The notes beneath the pieces are model-generated. The model did not search any database and was not told where the DNA came from. It saw only the letters and a program-made list of their open reading frames with translations. Of a DNA stretch of 64,000 bases, positions 1-9,388 are shown piece after piece. This DNA is from an uncultured Pseudomonadota bacterium (lineage in GTDB: Bacteria; Desulfobacterota; Binatia; Binatales; Binataceae). The position numbers were made by a program, and so were the translations under genes. The stretch's first letter is position 1; the number at the start of each line of letters is the position of its first letter. The stretch is taken from the NCBI GenBank assembly GCA_963795945.1, contig CAWCJN010000021.1, positions 26,319 to 90,318 of the forward strand. Reading direction: 5' to 3'.

Positions 1-139
1 ATGCGGACAGCTGATAGCCCTCCTGCGTTACCTCAAGTCGAATCATTAGCGTACTAAACCCGGCGGCTATAATCGCTACAGCGAGTAGCGCCGGAACAAG
101 TTTCGAGGGCTTCGCGGCAGGCGTTGCACAGGATGTCAA
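1..139 (-). CDS. ftsL: Cell division protein FtsL-like, 5' part only (runs off window)
   Basis: Manual translation from TTG at 139, overlapping the rsmH stop: ..KLVPALLAVAIIAAGFSTLMIRLEVTQEGYQLSA. TM segment plus GY motif, in the canonical position after mraZ-rsmH. Confidence 0.7.
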   Translation of the reverse strand, partial: MTSCATPAAKPSKLVPALLAVAIIAAGFSTLMIRLEVTQEGYQLSA

Positions 140-1056
140 TTGGCCTTTCGTTCGATGCATCTAAGTCGCGCACTCCGCGCTCGCCGGTTGCGCGCAACCT
201 CTTCGGCAGAAGGGCGCACCGCACGGCGTGAGAGAAGATGGAAGTTCCCGTAATCGGTCAATCCGCGGAAACGCCGCTTGATAGGTCCGTCTTCCAATGA
301 ATGATAAGCGAGGATGATCATGCGTCCGCCCGCCACCAGCCGGCATGGCGCCTGATCGAGCAGTTTAGTGAGACTCGACATCTCCGCATTGACCGCCATC
401 CTAAGCGCCTGAAAAGTACGAGTGGCCGGATGAATACCACCGCGCCGACGGCCGCCTACTGCTCCTTCAATAATCAACCGTAGCTCGCCAGTGGTTTCGA
501 GCGGCCCACGGCGACGCGCAATCACCAGAGCCCGAGCAATCCGCCGCGCGCTATGCTCTTGTCCGTAATCGTGGATGATATGCGCGAGCTCTTCTTCAGT
601 TTCTTCATTGACCAGATCGTAGGCGCTTAATTCCTGCTCCTGATCCATCCGCATATCGAGCGGACCGTCGGCCATGAAACTAAAGCCGCGCGCCGGATTG
701 TTCAGGGCAAAGCTGCTCATACCGAGGTCGGCGAAAATCGCCCCTACGCCGGGCATCCCGGAGTGATCGAGCACCTCGCCGAGACCGGCGAAATTCGCCT
801 GATGTAGGCTGACGCGCGAGCCGAATCGTTCTAATCTTGCCGCTGCGATCCGCAAGGCATCACCGTCACGATCCAAACCGATTAGCTGCGCACCGGTTGC
901 TTCGAGCAGTGCTTCCGCATGCCCGCCAGTGCCGATCGTGGCATCGACGACCACTAAGGGATTAGAAGCGCGGACGAGCCCCACTACCTCCTCCACCATC
1001 ACCGCCACGTGCTGGCGGCTCGCCGCGCTCAAACTGGTTTCCTCATTTAGGTGCAT
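136..1056 (-). CDS. rsmH: 16S rRNA C1402 N4-methyltransferase RsmH (MraW)
   Basis: HVAVM..E, VDATIGTGGHA, DLGMSS, GPLDMRMD, HPATRTFQALR, YHSLED, RARSARLR motifs; follows mraZ. Confidence 0.97.
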   Translation of the reverse strand: MHLNEETSLSAASRQHVAVMVEEVVGLVRASNPLVVVDATIGTGGHAEALLEATGAQLIGLDRDGDALRIAAARLERFGSRVSLHQANFAGLGEVLDHSGMPGVGAIFADLGMSSFALNNPARGFSFMADGPLDMRMDQEQELSAYDLVNEETEEELAHIIHDYGQEHSARRIARALVIARRRGPLETTGELRLIIEGAVGGRRRGGIHPATRTFQALRMAVNAEMSSLTKLLDQAPCRLVAGGRMIILAYHSLEDGPIKRRFRGLTDYGNFHLLSRRAVRPSAEEVARNRRARSARLRCIERKAN

Positions 1057-1063
1057 AAAATCA

Positions 1064-1513
1064 TCACCTCAATTTGGCCATAAATTTCGGATCTTCATCC
1101 GCGAGCTTATTAGCAACGACGTCTAGGCGTTCGAGGGTTGCCCTGCTCCAGAGCTGGAGATAATCGATCTGCGCCGAAAAAGTGACGTCGCGTTCTATAT
1201 GGGCAAAATCTCGCAATTTCGCAGGGATCAAAATGCGCCCTTGACGGTCTGTCTCGACTTGATGGGCGCGACCGATGTAAAAGAGTTCAGGCAGCTCGGT
1301 CTCGGGATCAGCGTGAGCTTTTTCGCGGATGCGCTCTATCAATTCCTCCCATTGCTTAGGAGGATAGAGGGCCAGGCAGCGTTCACGAGCAACTACGCGA
1401 TTAGTGATATAGAGGCGGTTATGACCCTGCTTTTGCAGTTCTTCGCGAAATTGGACGGGTACACTCACCCGTCCTTTTTCGTCCAATGCGTGGTCGAACT
1501 GCCCGATGAACAC
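1064..1513 (-). CDS. mraZ: Division/cell wall cluster repressor MraZ
   Basis: Two AbrB-like repeats (LDEKGRVSVP, DRQGRILIP). Likely start is GTG at 1513 (MFIGQF) behind a GGGGAG RBS. Confidence 0.95.
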   Translation of the reverse strand: MFIGQFDHALDEKGRVSVPVQFREELQKQGHNRLYITNRVVARERCLALYPPKQWEELIERIREKAHADPETELPELFYIGRAHQVETDRQGRILIPAKLRDFAHIERDVTFSAQIDYLQLWSRATLERLDVVANKLADEDPKFMAKLR

Positions 1514-1522
1514 CGTTCTCCC

Positions 1523-1566
1523 CCCAAATTTCCCCACACAATCCCACTCTGACCCACATCAGTCAA
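1523..1566 (-). promoter_or_regulatory. mraZ promoter with MraZ-binding boxes
   Basis: GTGGG at 1557-1553, 1547-1543, 1537-1533 and TTGGG at 1527-1523 (exact 10-nt period). TTGACT -35 at 1566-1561, 17 nt, then GATTGT -10. Confidence 0.8.
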
Positions 1567-2020
1567 GCCGAACGCTCGCGTGAATCCCCAATTTGGCATT
1601 CGCATTGGCTGTTTTTGGCCGAAAAGAGCGCTCTATGATGCTTAATCTGCGAAATTGTGTTGATTTTTGTGAGTCATACACGTCGGTTCTTCCAAGAAAG
1701 CCCGGCATAGAATGGAATAGCGAGAATTTGTATGTAAAAACGAGCAAAATAAGAACTACAGTATTAGCACTCTCTATCGCGCTTCTTGCGCTCGCATCGG
1801 GTGGGTATCCCGGCCTACATTCTGTAATATTGGGAATCGAGTTCTTCGTACTTATGCCCACTTCGCGATAATGTTATGTGTTCCTTCAGGAAAGCTCTCG
1901 ATTGCTGGAGGTGTGCGCGCTGCTTAATTTCCGCGGCGATACATGACGCCCTCACGAGAGCAGGATCATAGTAATCGCAAATAAGTATAGTGTTCATCAG
2001 CCTTCGACGGGAGATCATAA

Positions 2021-2977
2021 ATGGCCGAAATCACCCATCAATTCGTGAACACCAATGGCATCCGAATGCATTATGTCGAGGCCGGCGCAGGTCCTCTCAT
2101 TCTGCTCTGTCATGGCTTTCCAGAGTCGTGGTATTCGTGGCGGCATCAGCTACATGCGCTAGCCGAGGCGGGTTTTCATGCGATCGCGCCCGATATGCGC
2201 GGCTATGGACAGACTGACCAGCCTAAGGAAGTTGAAGCTCATGATATCTTCCAGTTAACGGGCGATCTGGTCGGCTTGATCAATGCGATGGGAGCGGCAT
2301 CAGCAGTGATCGTCGGGCACGACTGGGGCGCATGGATCACGCAGGTCGCCGCATTGTTCCGACCGGATATGTTTCGCGCAGTCGCGCTGTTGAGCGTTCC
2401 TTACCTTCCGCGCGGCCCTATCAGTCCCAGTGAATGGGAAAAGCAGCGCTATCCCGGACAGATTTTTTATCAGCAAATTTTTCGTGCGCCCGGCTCCGAG
2501 CAGGTTTTTGAAGCTGATGTGCGCGCCTCGATCACAAACGCGCTTTATTCAGCGTCAGGCGAGGCGCCCACGGATAAGCAATGGAAGTTTGTGATGCGAC
2601 CCGAAGAGCTGGCATCCGCCATGCCGTCAAGCTCGCAGAAACCCAGCTTCGTGACGGACGAGGATATCGATTTCTTCGTTACGGAGTTCAAGCGCACCGG
2701 CTTCAAAGGCGGCCTTAATTATTATCGCAATGTTGATCGCAACTGGGCTTTAACTCCATTCCTCGATGGAGCCAAGCTGCGCCAGCCTACCTTGTTTGTC
2801 GCCGGTGATCGCGACGCCGTGATCGAATTCTGGTCGGACGAAGTCGATACAATGGAGACCACGGTCCCGAATCTCACCAGGTCCGTGATGCTGCCGAACT
2901 GCGGACACTGGACACAGCAGGAGCGTCCGGCAGAAGTGAATAATCTACTGATCGAGTTCATCCGCAGTATCAACTAA
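2021..2977 (+). CDS. Alpha/beta hydrolase, soluble epoxide hydrolase (EphA-like)
   Basis: HGFPESWYSWRHQ, GHDWGA nucleophile Asp, GGLNYYRN, CGHWTQQE. Confidence 0.92.
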   Translation: MAEITHQFVNTNGIRMHYVEAGAGPLILLCHGFPESWYSWRHQLHALAEAGFHAIAPDMRGYGQTDQPKEVEAHDIFQLTGDLVGLINAMGAASAVIVGHDWGAWITQVAALFRPDMFRAVALLSVPYLPRGPISPSEWEKQRYPGQIFYQQIFRAPGSEQVFEADVRASITNALYSASGEAPTDKQWKFVMRPEELASAMPSSSQKPSFVTDEDIDFFVTEFKRTGFKGGLNYYRNVDRNWALTPFLDGAKLRQPTLFVAGDRDAVIEFWSDEVDTMETTVPNLTRSVMLPNCGHWTQQERPAEVNNLLIEFIRSIN

Positions 2978-3139
2978 GGGTTTTTCGGAGATTGCGATCT
3001 TGTCAGGACCTGCTGCGAGGGCGTAAAGCTTGTCAAAGCTGGAACGGCACAGGGTTAATCACTCGCGAGTGCTTTTCATTATGTAGGGCGCTCATTGTAA
3101 CGCGGTGTTGGTTTCACCGCCCTGGAAGGGGAGTGAACG

Positions 3140-3583
3140 ATGGAGCGATCGCGCGACTTGGGAGTGTTGATTGGCCGGATTCTGCTGGTTGCGATTTTTG
3201 TACTATCAGGGGTTTCGAAGATTGGTGGCTTTTCCGGCACCGCTGGTTATATGGTGGGCGCCGGTATTCCGCATAACCTGGTGATGCCGGGGCTGATACT
3301 AACGATTCTGATTGAACTCGGCGGCGGCCTATTAATCGTAATTGGTTACCAAGCCCGGATCGCTGCTCTCATCATTTTTCTCTGGCTGATCCCGGTGACG
3401 CTGATCTTTCATTTCTTTCCTTCTCGCGAAGGGCAGCAGGTGATGATCAATTCCATCATGTACATGAAAAATCTTTCTATGATGGGTGGGCTGCTGATAC
3501 TAGCAAGCGTCGGCCCCGGTGCTTATAGCGTTGACGGGCGATTGGTAATGTCACACGCTGTGGGTGCACGACAGGCCGCCTGA
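3140..3583 (+). CDS. DoxX family membrane protein
   Basis: GRILL..IFV.SG..K, ELGGGLL..G, KNLSMMGGLL, GPGAYSVD. Confidence 0.92.
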   Translation: MERSRDLGVLIGRILLVAIFVLSGVSKIGGFSGTAGYMVGAGIPHNLVMPGLILTILIELGGGLLIVIGYQARIAALIIFLWLIPVTLIFHFFPSREGQQVMINSIMYMKNLSMMGGLLILASVGPGAYSVDGRLVMSHAVGARQAA

Positions 3584-3614
3584 TCATAAATATTTTTTCA
3601 AGGTGAGATAGGCT

Positions 3615-3646
3615 ACCGGGAGCGACTTCTTCGCATCCCGGTTTAT
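3615..3646. terminator. Probable hairpin terminator between convergent doxX and grxD
   Basis: ACCGGGAGCGA-CTTCT-TCGCATCCCGGT imperfect stem followed by TTAT. Confidence 0.45.
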
Positions 3647-3672
3647 CATGCTGAAATACAGAATCTGGGAGA

Positions 3673-4008
3673 CTATTTTGCTGCGGCAGTAGTCGCACCG
3701 GCTTGTTCGACGAGCGACTTTAGCTCTCCGCTCTCATAAAGCTCGCGCACGATGTCGCACCCGCCAACGAATTTGCCGTTCACGTAAACCTGCGGAATCG
3801 TAGGCCAGTTGCTGTAAGTCTTAATCTGGTCACGCAACTCCGGGTCGCTTAGAACGTCAACCGTGCCGTAATTTGCGCCGACCTGCTCCAGCATCTGTAC
3901 GGTCGCGGCGGAAAACCCGCATTGCGGGAAATTACGATTGCCCTTCATGAACAGGCAGATTTTGTTTTCATTGATTGCGGCTTGGATCCGCTCCATTGCG
4001 TTCGGCAT
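3673..4008 (-). CDS. grxD: Monothiol glutaredoxin Grx4
   Basis: [32 protein letters not shown]. Confidence 0.96.
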   Translation of the reverse strand: MPNAMERIQAAINENKICLFMKGNRNFPQCGFSAATVQMLEQVGANYGTVDVLSDPELRDQIKTYSNWPTIPQVYVNGKFVGGCDIVRELYESGELKSLVEQAGATTAAAK

Positions 4009-4014
4009 CGTTGC

Positions 4015-4275
4015 TCACCTCTGATTCTGGTATTGAGCCGGAGTTAAAGTTCTGAGCGCCAGTGCGTGTACTCGTTGGCGCATCGCATCGCCAAGCGCCG
4101 CATAGACTACTTGATGTCTTTCGACGAGAGACTTACCTTCAAACGCATTACTTACCACGAGCGCTTCAAAATGGTCGCCGCCTCCCGTGGTGTCCTCCAC
4201 CTTTACCAGCGCGCCGGGTAATCCCGCCTCGATTAATTTTTGAACTTCTTCGGCTTCCATTACAGCCGCGATCAT
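4015..4275 (-). CDS. BolA family protein
   Basis: GDHFEALVVS..FEGKSLVERHQVVY, HALALRTLTP; adjacent to grxD. Confidence 0.95.
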   Translation of the reverse strand: MIAAVMEAEEVQKLIEAGLPGALVKVEDTTGGGDHFEALVVSNAFEGKSLVERHQVVYAALGDAMRQRVHALALRTLTPAQYQNQR

Positions 4276-4446
4276 AGCCTGAGATCGATGCTTAATCCAC
4301 TATCCACTGAAGATCGCAGAGATTTGACCGGAGGCTAAACTCTCAGCTTCGACGATTGTTTTGACGCTAATCCAGCAATTTATTCCTGGGCAATGTAAGT
4401 ATGCGCTTGTCTGCGCGTTCCGCCACCATCTTGCCTATGGATTAGG

Positions 4447-4462
4447 CGGCACCTCGTTTGCT
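4447..4462 (+). promoter_or_regulatory. Putative sigma54 (-24/-12) promoter of the DUF748 gene
   Basis: CGGCACCTCGTTTGCT = GG-N10-GC, about 40 nt upstream of ATG 4504. Confidence 0.65.
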
Positions 4463-4503
4463 CTATTCACGTCGTTTGCTCTATTGTCGATGAGCTTAGA
4501 CTC

Positions 4504-6108
4504 ATGGCTGCTGGATTCTATACCCACCATCGACGGGCGATCGGAATTGCTGGCTGGACGATCGCGTCGATCATCATCGCGTTGTTTATCCTTTCGTACT
4601 TCATCGATCCATTTATCCGGGCGCGGATGGAAAAGGAGATGAATGCGAAGCTGGTGGGCTATCATACGCAACTGGCACGCGCACACCTTCAGCTCCTCAC
4701 CGGCACACTGACCTTATATGGCATCAAAATCATTCAGAATGCTCATCCGGATCCGCCGGTAGCGGATATCGATGAGCTTGAGGCGCAAATCGATCTTGAC
4801 GCTTTGCTTGCTGCGCGAATTGTCGCGACATTCACGCTCTATCATCCGAAAGTGCATATCGACCTTGCGCAGTTGGAAACCGAACGCACCAACAAGGTGC
4901 CGATAAAAAAGCAAGGCTGGCAGGATGCGGTTGAAGCGATTTATCCAGTCAAAATCAACCGGCTAAAAGTCGTTGACGGTGCCGCAACCTACATCGACAA
5001 GGACCCGCAGCATCCACTTAATCTAACTCATCTGAATCTAATCGCAGACAACATCCGGAATGTTAAGGCGCCGCGCGCAACGTATCCTTCCGCCATACAT
5101 CTGGACACCATCGCCTTCGATCAGGGCAAAATACAGTTGGACGGCAACGCGAACTTTTTTGCTGAGCCCTTTACTGCTATCAAAGCCCATTATTGGGTGA
5201 GCAATCTCCCGCTCAGCCATTTCGAACCGGTCGCGCAACGCGCCAACCTGAATGTCAGTGGCGGCGTACTCGATAGTAAGGGGATGGTTGAATACTCACC
5301 CAAGGTGCGAAATGTTGAGGTTTATAACGCAACCGTAAGTGGAATCAATCTGAATTACGTCCATATGGCGCAGACCGCAACCGCCGAGGCGCGACGAGCC
5401 GAAGAGGTGAAAACGGCGGCGAAGAAGGCGAATAATCAGCCGGGACTAATTCTTAAAGTGGATGCCGCCGCAATCAAAAATAGCCGAGTTGCCTATACTG
5501 ATCAGGTGAAAAATCCACCGTACCAGCTGTTCATTTCAGACCTCGACGTGCACGCGACCAATATATCGAACCAGTATGATCAGGGCGGCTCGACCTTCAA
5601 TGTGAAGGGCAAGTTCATGGATAGCGGCGACACGACGATGACGGGAAATTTTCGTCCTCAGAAACAAGGACCGGATTTCAAAATTAATCTCGCGATCCAG
5701 CGAACCGATATGATGACGATGAATGACCTGCTTCAGGCCTATGGCCGGTTGCGTGTCGCTCGAGGCGATTTCTCCTTGTACACGCAGATGACTGCGAATC
5801 AGGGGCATGTGGACGGCTATGTCAAGCCGCTTTTCAGTAACCTGCAGGTTTATAATTATCAAAAAGATAAGAATAAACCGGTATTGCAGCAGGCGTACAA
5901 GCTCGCCGTCGGCGCAGTCGCCGACGTGTTCAAGAATCGCTCTACTGATAAGGTCGCGACGGTAGCCAACGTGAGCGGAAAGATCGATCAGCCCAACGTA
6001 AGCACCTGGCAGGCAGTCGGGCAATTGATCGAGAACGCCTTCATCAAGACGATCTTGCCGGGCTTTGACCGCGAAGCAAAAGCCGGAAGAGCTGACGGCA
6101 CGAAGTAG
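4504..6108 (+). CDS. DUF748 domain (AsmA-like) envelope protein
   Basis: N-terminal TM anchor, long beta-rich body, conserved C-terminal G.FSLY..GYVKPLF..L.V and NAFIK.ILPGF motifs. Confidence 0.8.
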   Translation: MAAGFYTHHRRAIGIAGWTIASIIIALFILSYFIDPFIRARMEKEMNAKLVGYHTQLARAHLQLLTGTLTLYGIKIIQNAHPDPPVADIDELEAQIDLDALLAARIVATFTLYHPKVHIDLAQLETERTNKVPIKKQGWQDAVEAIYPVKINRLKVVDGAATYIDKDPQHPLNLTHLNLIADNIRNVKAPRATYPSAIHLDTIAFDQGKIQLDGNANFFAEPFTAIKAHYWVSNLPLSHFEPVAQRANLNVSGGVLDSKGMVEYSPKVRNVEVYNATVSGINLNYVHMAQTATAEARRAEEVKTAAKKANNQPGLILKVDAAAIKNSRVAYTDQVKNPPYQLFISDLDVHATNISNQYDQGGSTFNVKGKFMDSGDTTMTGNFRPQKQGPDFKINLAIQRTDMMTMNDLLQAYGRLRVARGDFSLYTQMTANQGHVDGYVKPLFSNLQVYNYQKDKNKPVLQQAYKLAVGAVADVFKNRSTDKVATVANVSGKIDQPNVSTWQAVGQLIENAFIKTILPGFDREAKAGRADGTK

Positions 6109-6224
6109 ATGCGGGTACGAGCGCGCTGGATTAATACGCTGCTAACATTTTCTTAACTCTTCAAGGCTAGTTCCAGCAGTTCGAATCTACTCAAATCCTA
6201 CCGCATTAAGTTGCGGAGGTTCAA

Positions 6225-7319
6225 ATGAGTTTTGATTTTGCGCGCGAGACGCGCCGAACTGGAATGCTGGCGCTGCTGTCGGCAGTGAGTCTTCTTATTG
6301 CAGCTAGCCGCGTCTTCGCACAGCCGGTCGCGATCACGCCTTACACCTTAACGACTTTCAATGGCGTTCCACCGAGCGAGGTTACCGCACCGGACGATTT
6401 GGCCATCTCGGCTGATAACACTGACTTGTGGGTCGCTTATGGCAATGGGCATGCGCCGGACGGCTCTGACGGCCTCTCCAGCAACGTCATCGAATATGAC
6501 ATCGCCTCCGGCAACCTGCTAAAAAATGTCTCTATTCTCGGCCACACTGACGGTTTGAAGATTAATCCGACTACCAATGAGGTCTGGACGACCCAGAACG
6601 AAGATGCGAACTCAACCCTTACGATTATCAATCCAAAGACTGGGAAGTTCAAAACCTACGGATTTGCGAGTCCGACCGCTCATGGCGGCTTCGATGATTT
6701 AGTCTTTTCGGGCAAGAACGACAAGGATGTATTCTTGTCGGCGTCGAATCCGAGCGGACCGCCATTCACCAATCAGGCAATCGCGCAATTCAGCGGTAAG
6801 CCCAAGAAGGTGACCACCGTAACTCAGGTAATCGCCGGCAATGCGACGGCCTTTAATGTCGTCACCGGCGCCAACGAAACCCTGGCGCTTAGTGATCCAG
6901 ACTCGATGACGATAGATCTGTCAGGAGAATTAGTGCTGGATAGCCAAGGCGATGACGAACTGATTGTCGTGCGTGGGGCCTCGGCGACAAATCCGGTGCT
7001 GAAAATTCCGCTCACGCTCGACGGCGCGCCGACCGAGGTTAACGACACTATCTTCACCTATTCAGTCACGAGCGGGAGTGCCTCCACAGCTGGAACAATC
7101 TTCATAACCGATTCCAACGCCAATGCGATTTATGAGCTTACCAAGCCGTATTTTCCAGCGCCCGAAGTTTATACCGCGGCGGACGCTGTGGGCGACGTCG
7201 GGCTGCTCGACATGAACACCGGCAATATCACTCCGGTAGTCACCGGGCTGATTCATCCGGGCGGATTGGCGTTCTCGCCGCTCGCAGTTGCGATCGCTTC
7301 CTCGACTACGAAGAAATGA
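6225..7319 (+). CDS. Secreted hypothetical protein, probable beta-propeller
   Basis: Signal peptide (..ASRVFA/QP), GGAGG RBS, acidic blade-like motifs PDDL, TDGL, NED, GFDD, DPDS, DSQ. Confidence 0.7.
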   Translation: MSFDFARETRRTGMLALLSAVSLLIAASRVFAQPVAITPYTLTTFNGVPPSEVTAPDDLAISADNTDLWVAYGNGHAPDGSDGLSSNVIEYDIASGNLLKNVSILGHTDGLKINPTTNEVWTTQNEDANSTLTIINPKTGKFKTYGFASPTAHGGFDDLVFSGKNDKDVFLSASNPSGPPFTNQAIAQFSGKPKKVTTVTQVIAGNATAFNVVTGANETLALSDPDSMTIDLSGELVLDSQGDDELIVVRGASATNPVLKIPLTLDGAPTEVNDTIFTYSVTSGSASTAGTIFITDSNANAIYELTKPYFPAPEVYTAADAVGDVGLLDMNTGNITPVVTGLIHPGGLAFSPLAVAIASSTTKK

Positions 7320-7366
7320 CCGAAAGTCCGTTGCAGGACACGAGGGTTTCATCCTCGTGTCCTGAT

Positions 7367-8263
7367 TTATTCGGCGAGATGTGCAAGGAACCAGTCGCGG
7401 GCGGCGGTGCTGGATTTGACGAAATCCTTTACGTACGCATCGAAGTGGCCGCCGCGCAGGATCACCAGTTTCTTCGGCTCGAGCGCGCGATGGTATGCAG
7501 CGAACGCTTCCTCGGCGATCGCCAGATGATCACCGTCCGCGATGATCATCAATAGTGGCGTCGGACTGATCCGGTCGATGTACGAACCGGGTTCGTATTC
7601 CCCCAGCATCTCGACCGTGCGCAGCGTCACTTCATTGCGCCACGCAGGCGCGCGCTGCTTACCGGTCTGGGTGAACCATTGCCATGAATCGGGGGTCGGC
7701 AGCGCCGAGGGACCCATCGGGTCTTCACTGACAACAGGAAGCATCGTAGGGGCTGCGCCGCGAAAGTGCGCCTCGCGATCGGCGTCGAACTGCTCACGCA
7801 GGCCGGCCGCGAAGTCGGCGCGCACCAGCCGCTTCAAATTACGCGAGCCGCTCACGAGCGGCACCTGCGATACGACGCATTTGACACGCCGATCAATCGC
7901 GCCCACTACCAACACGTGACCGCCGCTGTAGCTCGATCCCCAGACGCCGATCCTTTCGCGATTGATCCCGGGCTGCATCGTGAGCCACGTTATCGCATGA
8001 CGGTAGTCGCGCACCTGCTGCCACGGATCGATCTCTTGGCGCGGCTCGCCACCGCTCGCACCGAAGTTGCGGTTATCGAAAACCAGCGTCGCCAAACCGG
8101 CGGCGCTGAAGACCTCGGCGTAATCGTCGAGATGCATCTCCTTCACGGCTGAGAAACCATGCGCCATCACGACTGCCGGATTCTCAGGCTTGACGCGCTC
8201 CGGCATATAGAGCCATCCACGAAGACTGGCGCCTTCGGCATTGAACTCGATATCGCGGCGCAT
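7367..8263 (-). CDS. Alpha/beta fold serine hydrolase (YcjY/AidA-like)
   Basis: MAHGFSAVKE, GASGGEPRQ, WGSSYSGG nucleophile, GGHFDAY. Confidence 0.88.
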   Translation of the reverse strand: MRRDIEFNAEGASLRGWLYMPERVKPENPAVVMAHGFSAVKEMHLDDYAEVFSAAGLATLVFDNRNFGASGGEPRQEIDPWQQVRDYRHAITWLTMQPGINRERIGVWGSSYSGGHVLVVGAIDRRVKCVVSQVPLVSGSRNLKRLVRADFAAGLREQFDADREAHFRGAAPTMLPVVSEDPMGPSALPTPDSWQWFTQTGKQRAPAWRNEVTLRTVEMLGEYEPGSYIDRISPTPLLMIIADGDHLAIAEEAFAAYHRALEPKKLVILRGGHFDAYVKDFVKSSTAARDWFLAHLAE

Positions 8264-8299
8264 ATTTATCCCTCCAGCCGGGCGCGATTGTGCCCTTGG

Positions 8300-9352
8300 C
8301 TATTGAAAGTGCGGCATTACTTTGCGCGCGAAGAGTTCCATGCTGCGGATGACGTGCTCGTGCGGCAGGACTCCGCCCGGATTGAACCAGCAGATCAGGC
8401 GGCCCATGTTGAACTCTTCGCGAAATCCTTGCAGCCGCTCGATGCACGACTCAGGCGTCTCGAACACGGCCATTGATTCGGCGGCCTGTTCGTAGGTGGT
8501 GCTGCGAGTCTTCTCGGCTAATTCCATCAGGCGGCGCGCGCCGCCTTCGCTCTTCGGCATGCCGGAGGTATAAAGGCTCGCAACCGTCTCCAGCAGATGG
8601 CGGATGCCGGGTTCCGTATCGCGGCGAATTTCAGCCGGGTCTTCACCGACGTAGAGCGGCATCAGGAGCGACAAATCTTCGCCGCCATTGTCGGGATGAC
8701 CCGCCGCGGCGCGAGCTTCGCGATAAGCGGGCAAAAACCTTCGCAGCCGATTAAATGAATTGACTTGCGACGCGGCAAAGATCGGATAACCCGCGCGCCC
8801 CATCAGCGCGAAGCTGTCGTCGCTGTTCGCAGCGATCCGGATCGGAGGATACGGCTTCTGCACCGGTTTCGGCACTACCGAAATATCATCGACTTTGTAG
8901 AATCGCCCTTCGTAGGAAAAACTCTCCTCAGTCCAGGCACGCCGGATAATTTCGAGCTCCTCGAATAGCCGCTCACGACTTTCCGACTGCGCGACGCCGA
9001 AGCCGCGAAAATGGTTCGGAATCGCGCCGCGTCCGACGCCGAACTCGACCCGCCCATTGCTCATCACATCAAGTGTCGCGATCTCCTCGGCCACCCTCAG
9101 CGGATGAGATAGCGGCAACAGCACGATCGCGATCCCCAGCCGCAGATTGCGTGTGCGCTCAGCGATCGCGGCGAGCGGCAATAGCGGCGCGGGCATGATC
9201 GATAGTCCAGGATTGAAGTGCTGCTCGACCGGCCATACCGATTCGAAGCCCAGCGCTTCGCCATGAACTGCTTGCTCGATCGTGTCGCGGTAGCGCTGCA
9301 CGGCGGATTGCTCGCCGTAGCAGGGCAGTTGATAGTGCAGTCCGAACTTCAT
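8300..9352 (-). CDS. LLM class flavin-dependent oxidoreductase
   Basis: GFESVW..EQHF, HPLRVAEEIATLD..SNGRVEFGVGRG, PKPVQKPYPPI. Confidence 0.92.
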   Translation of the reverse strand: MKFGLHYQLPCYGEQSAVQRYRDTIEQAVHGEALGFESVWPVEQHFNPGLSIMPAPLLPLAAIAERTRNLRLGIAIVLLPLSHPLRVAEEIATLDVMSNGRVEFGVGRGAIPNHFRGFGVAQSESRERLFEELEIIRRAWTEESFSYEGRFYKVDDISVVPKPVQKPYPPIRIAANSDDSFALMGRAGYPIFAASQVNSFNRLRRFLPAYREARAAAGHPDNGGEDLSLLMPLYVGEDPAEIRRDTEPGIRHLLETVASLYTSGMPKSEGGARRLMELAEKTRSTTYEQAAESMAVFETPESCIERLQGFREEFNMGRLICWFNPGGVLPHEHVIRSMELFARKVMPHFQ

Positions 9353-9388
9353 CCTAGATTTCCCGCAAATTGCCGGAACATGACTTTG

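Noticed and set aside
1559-2018. Short ORFs (100, 92 and 67 aa) between mraZ and the epoxide hydrolase
   Set aside because: Mutually overlapping, AT-rich and without family motifs; the region is better explained as divergent promoters
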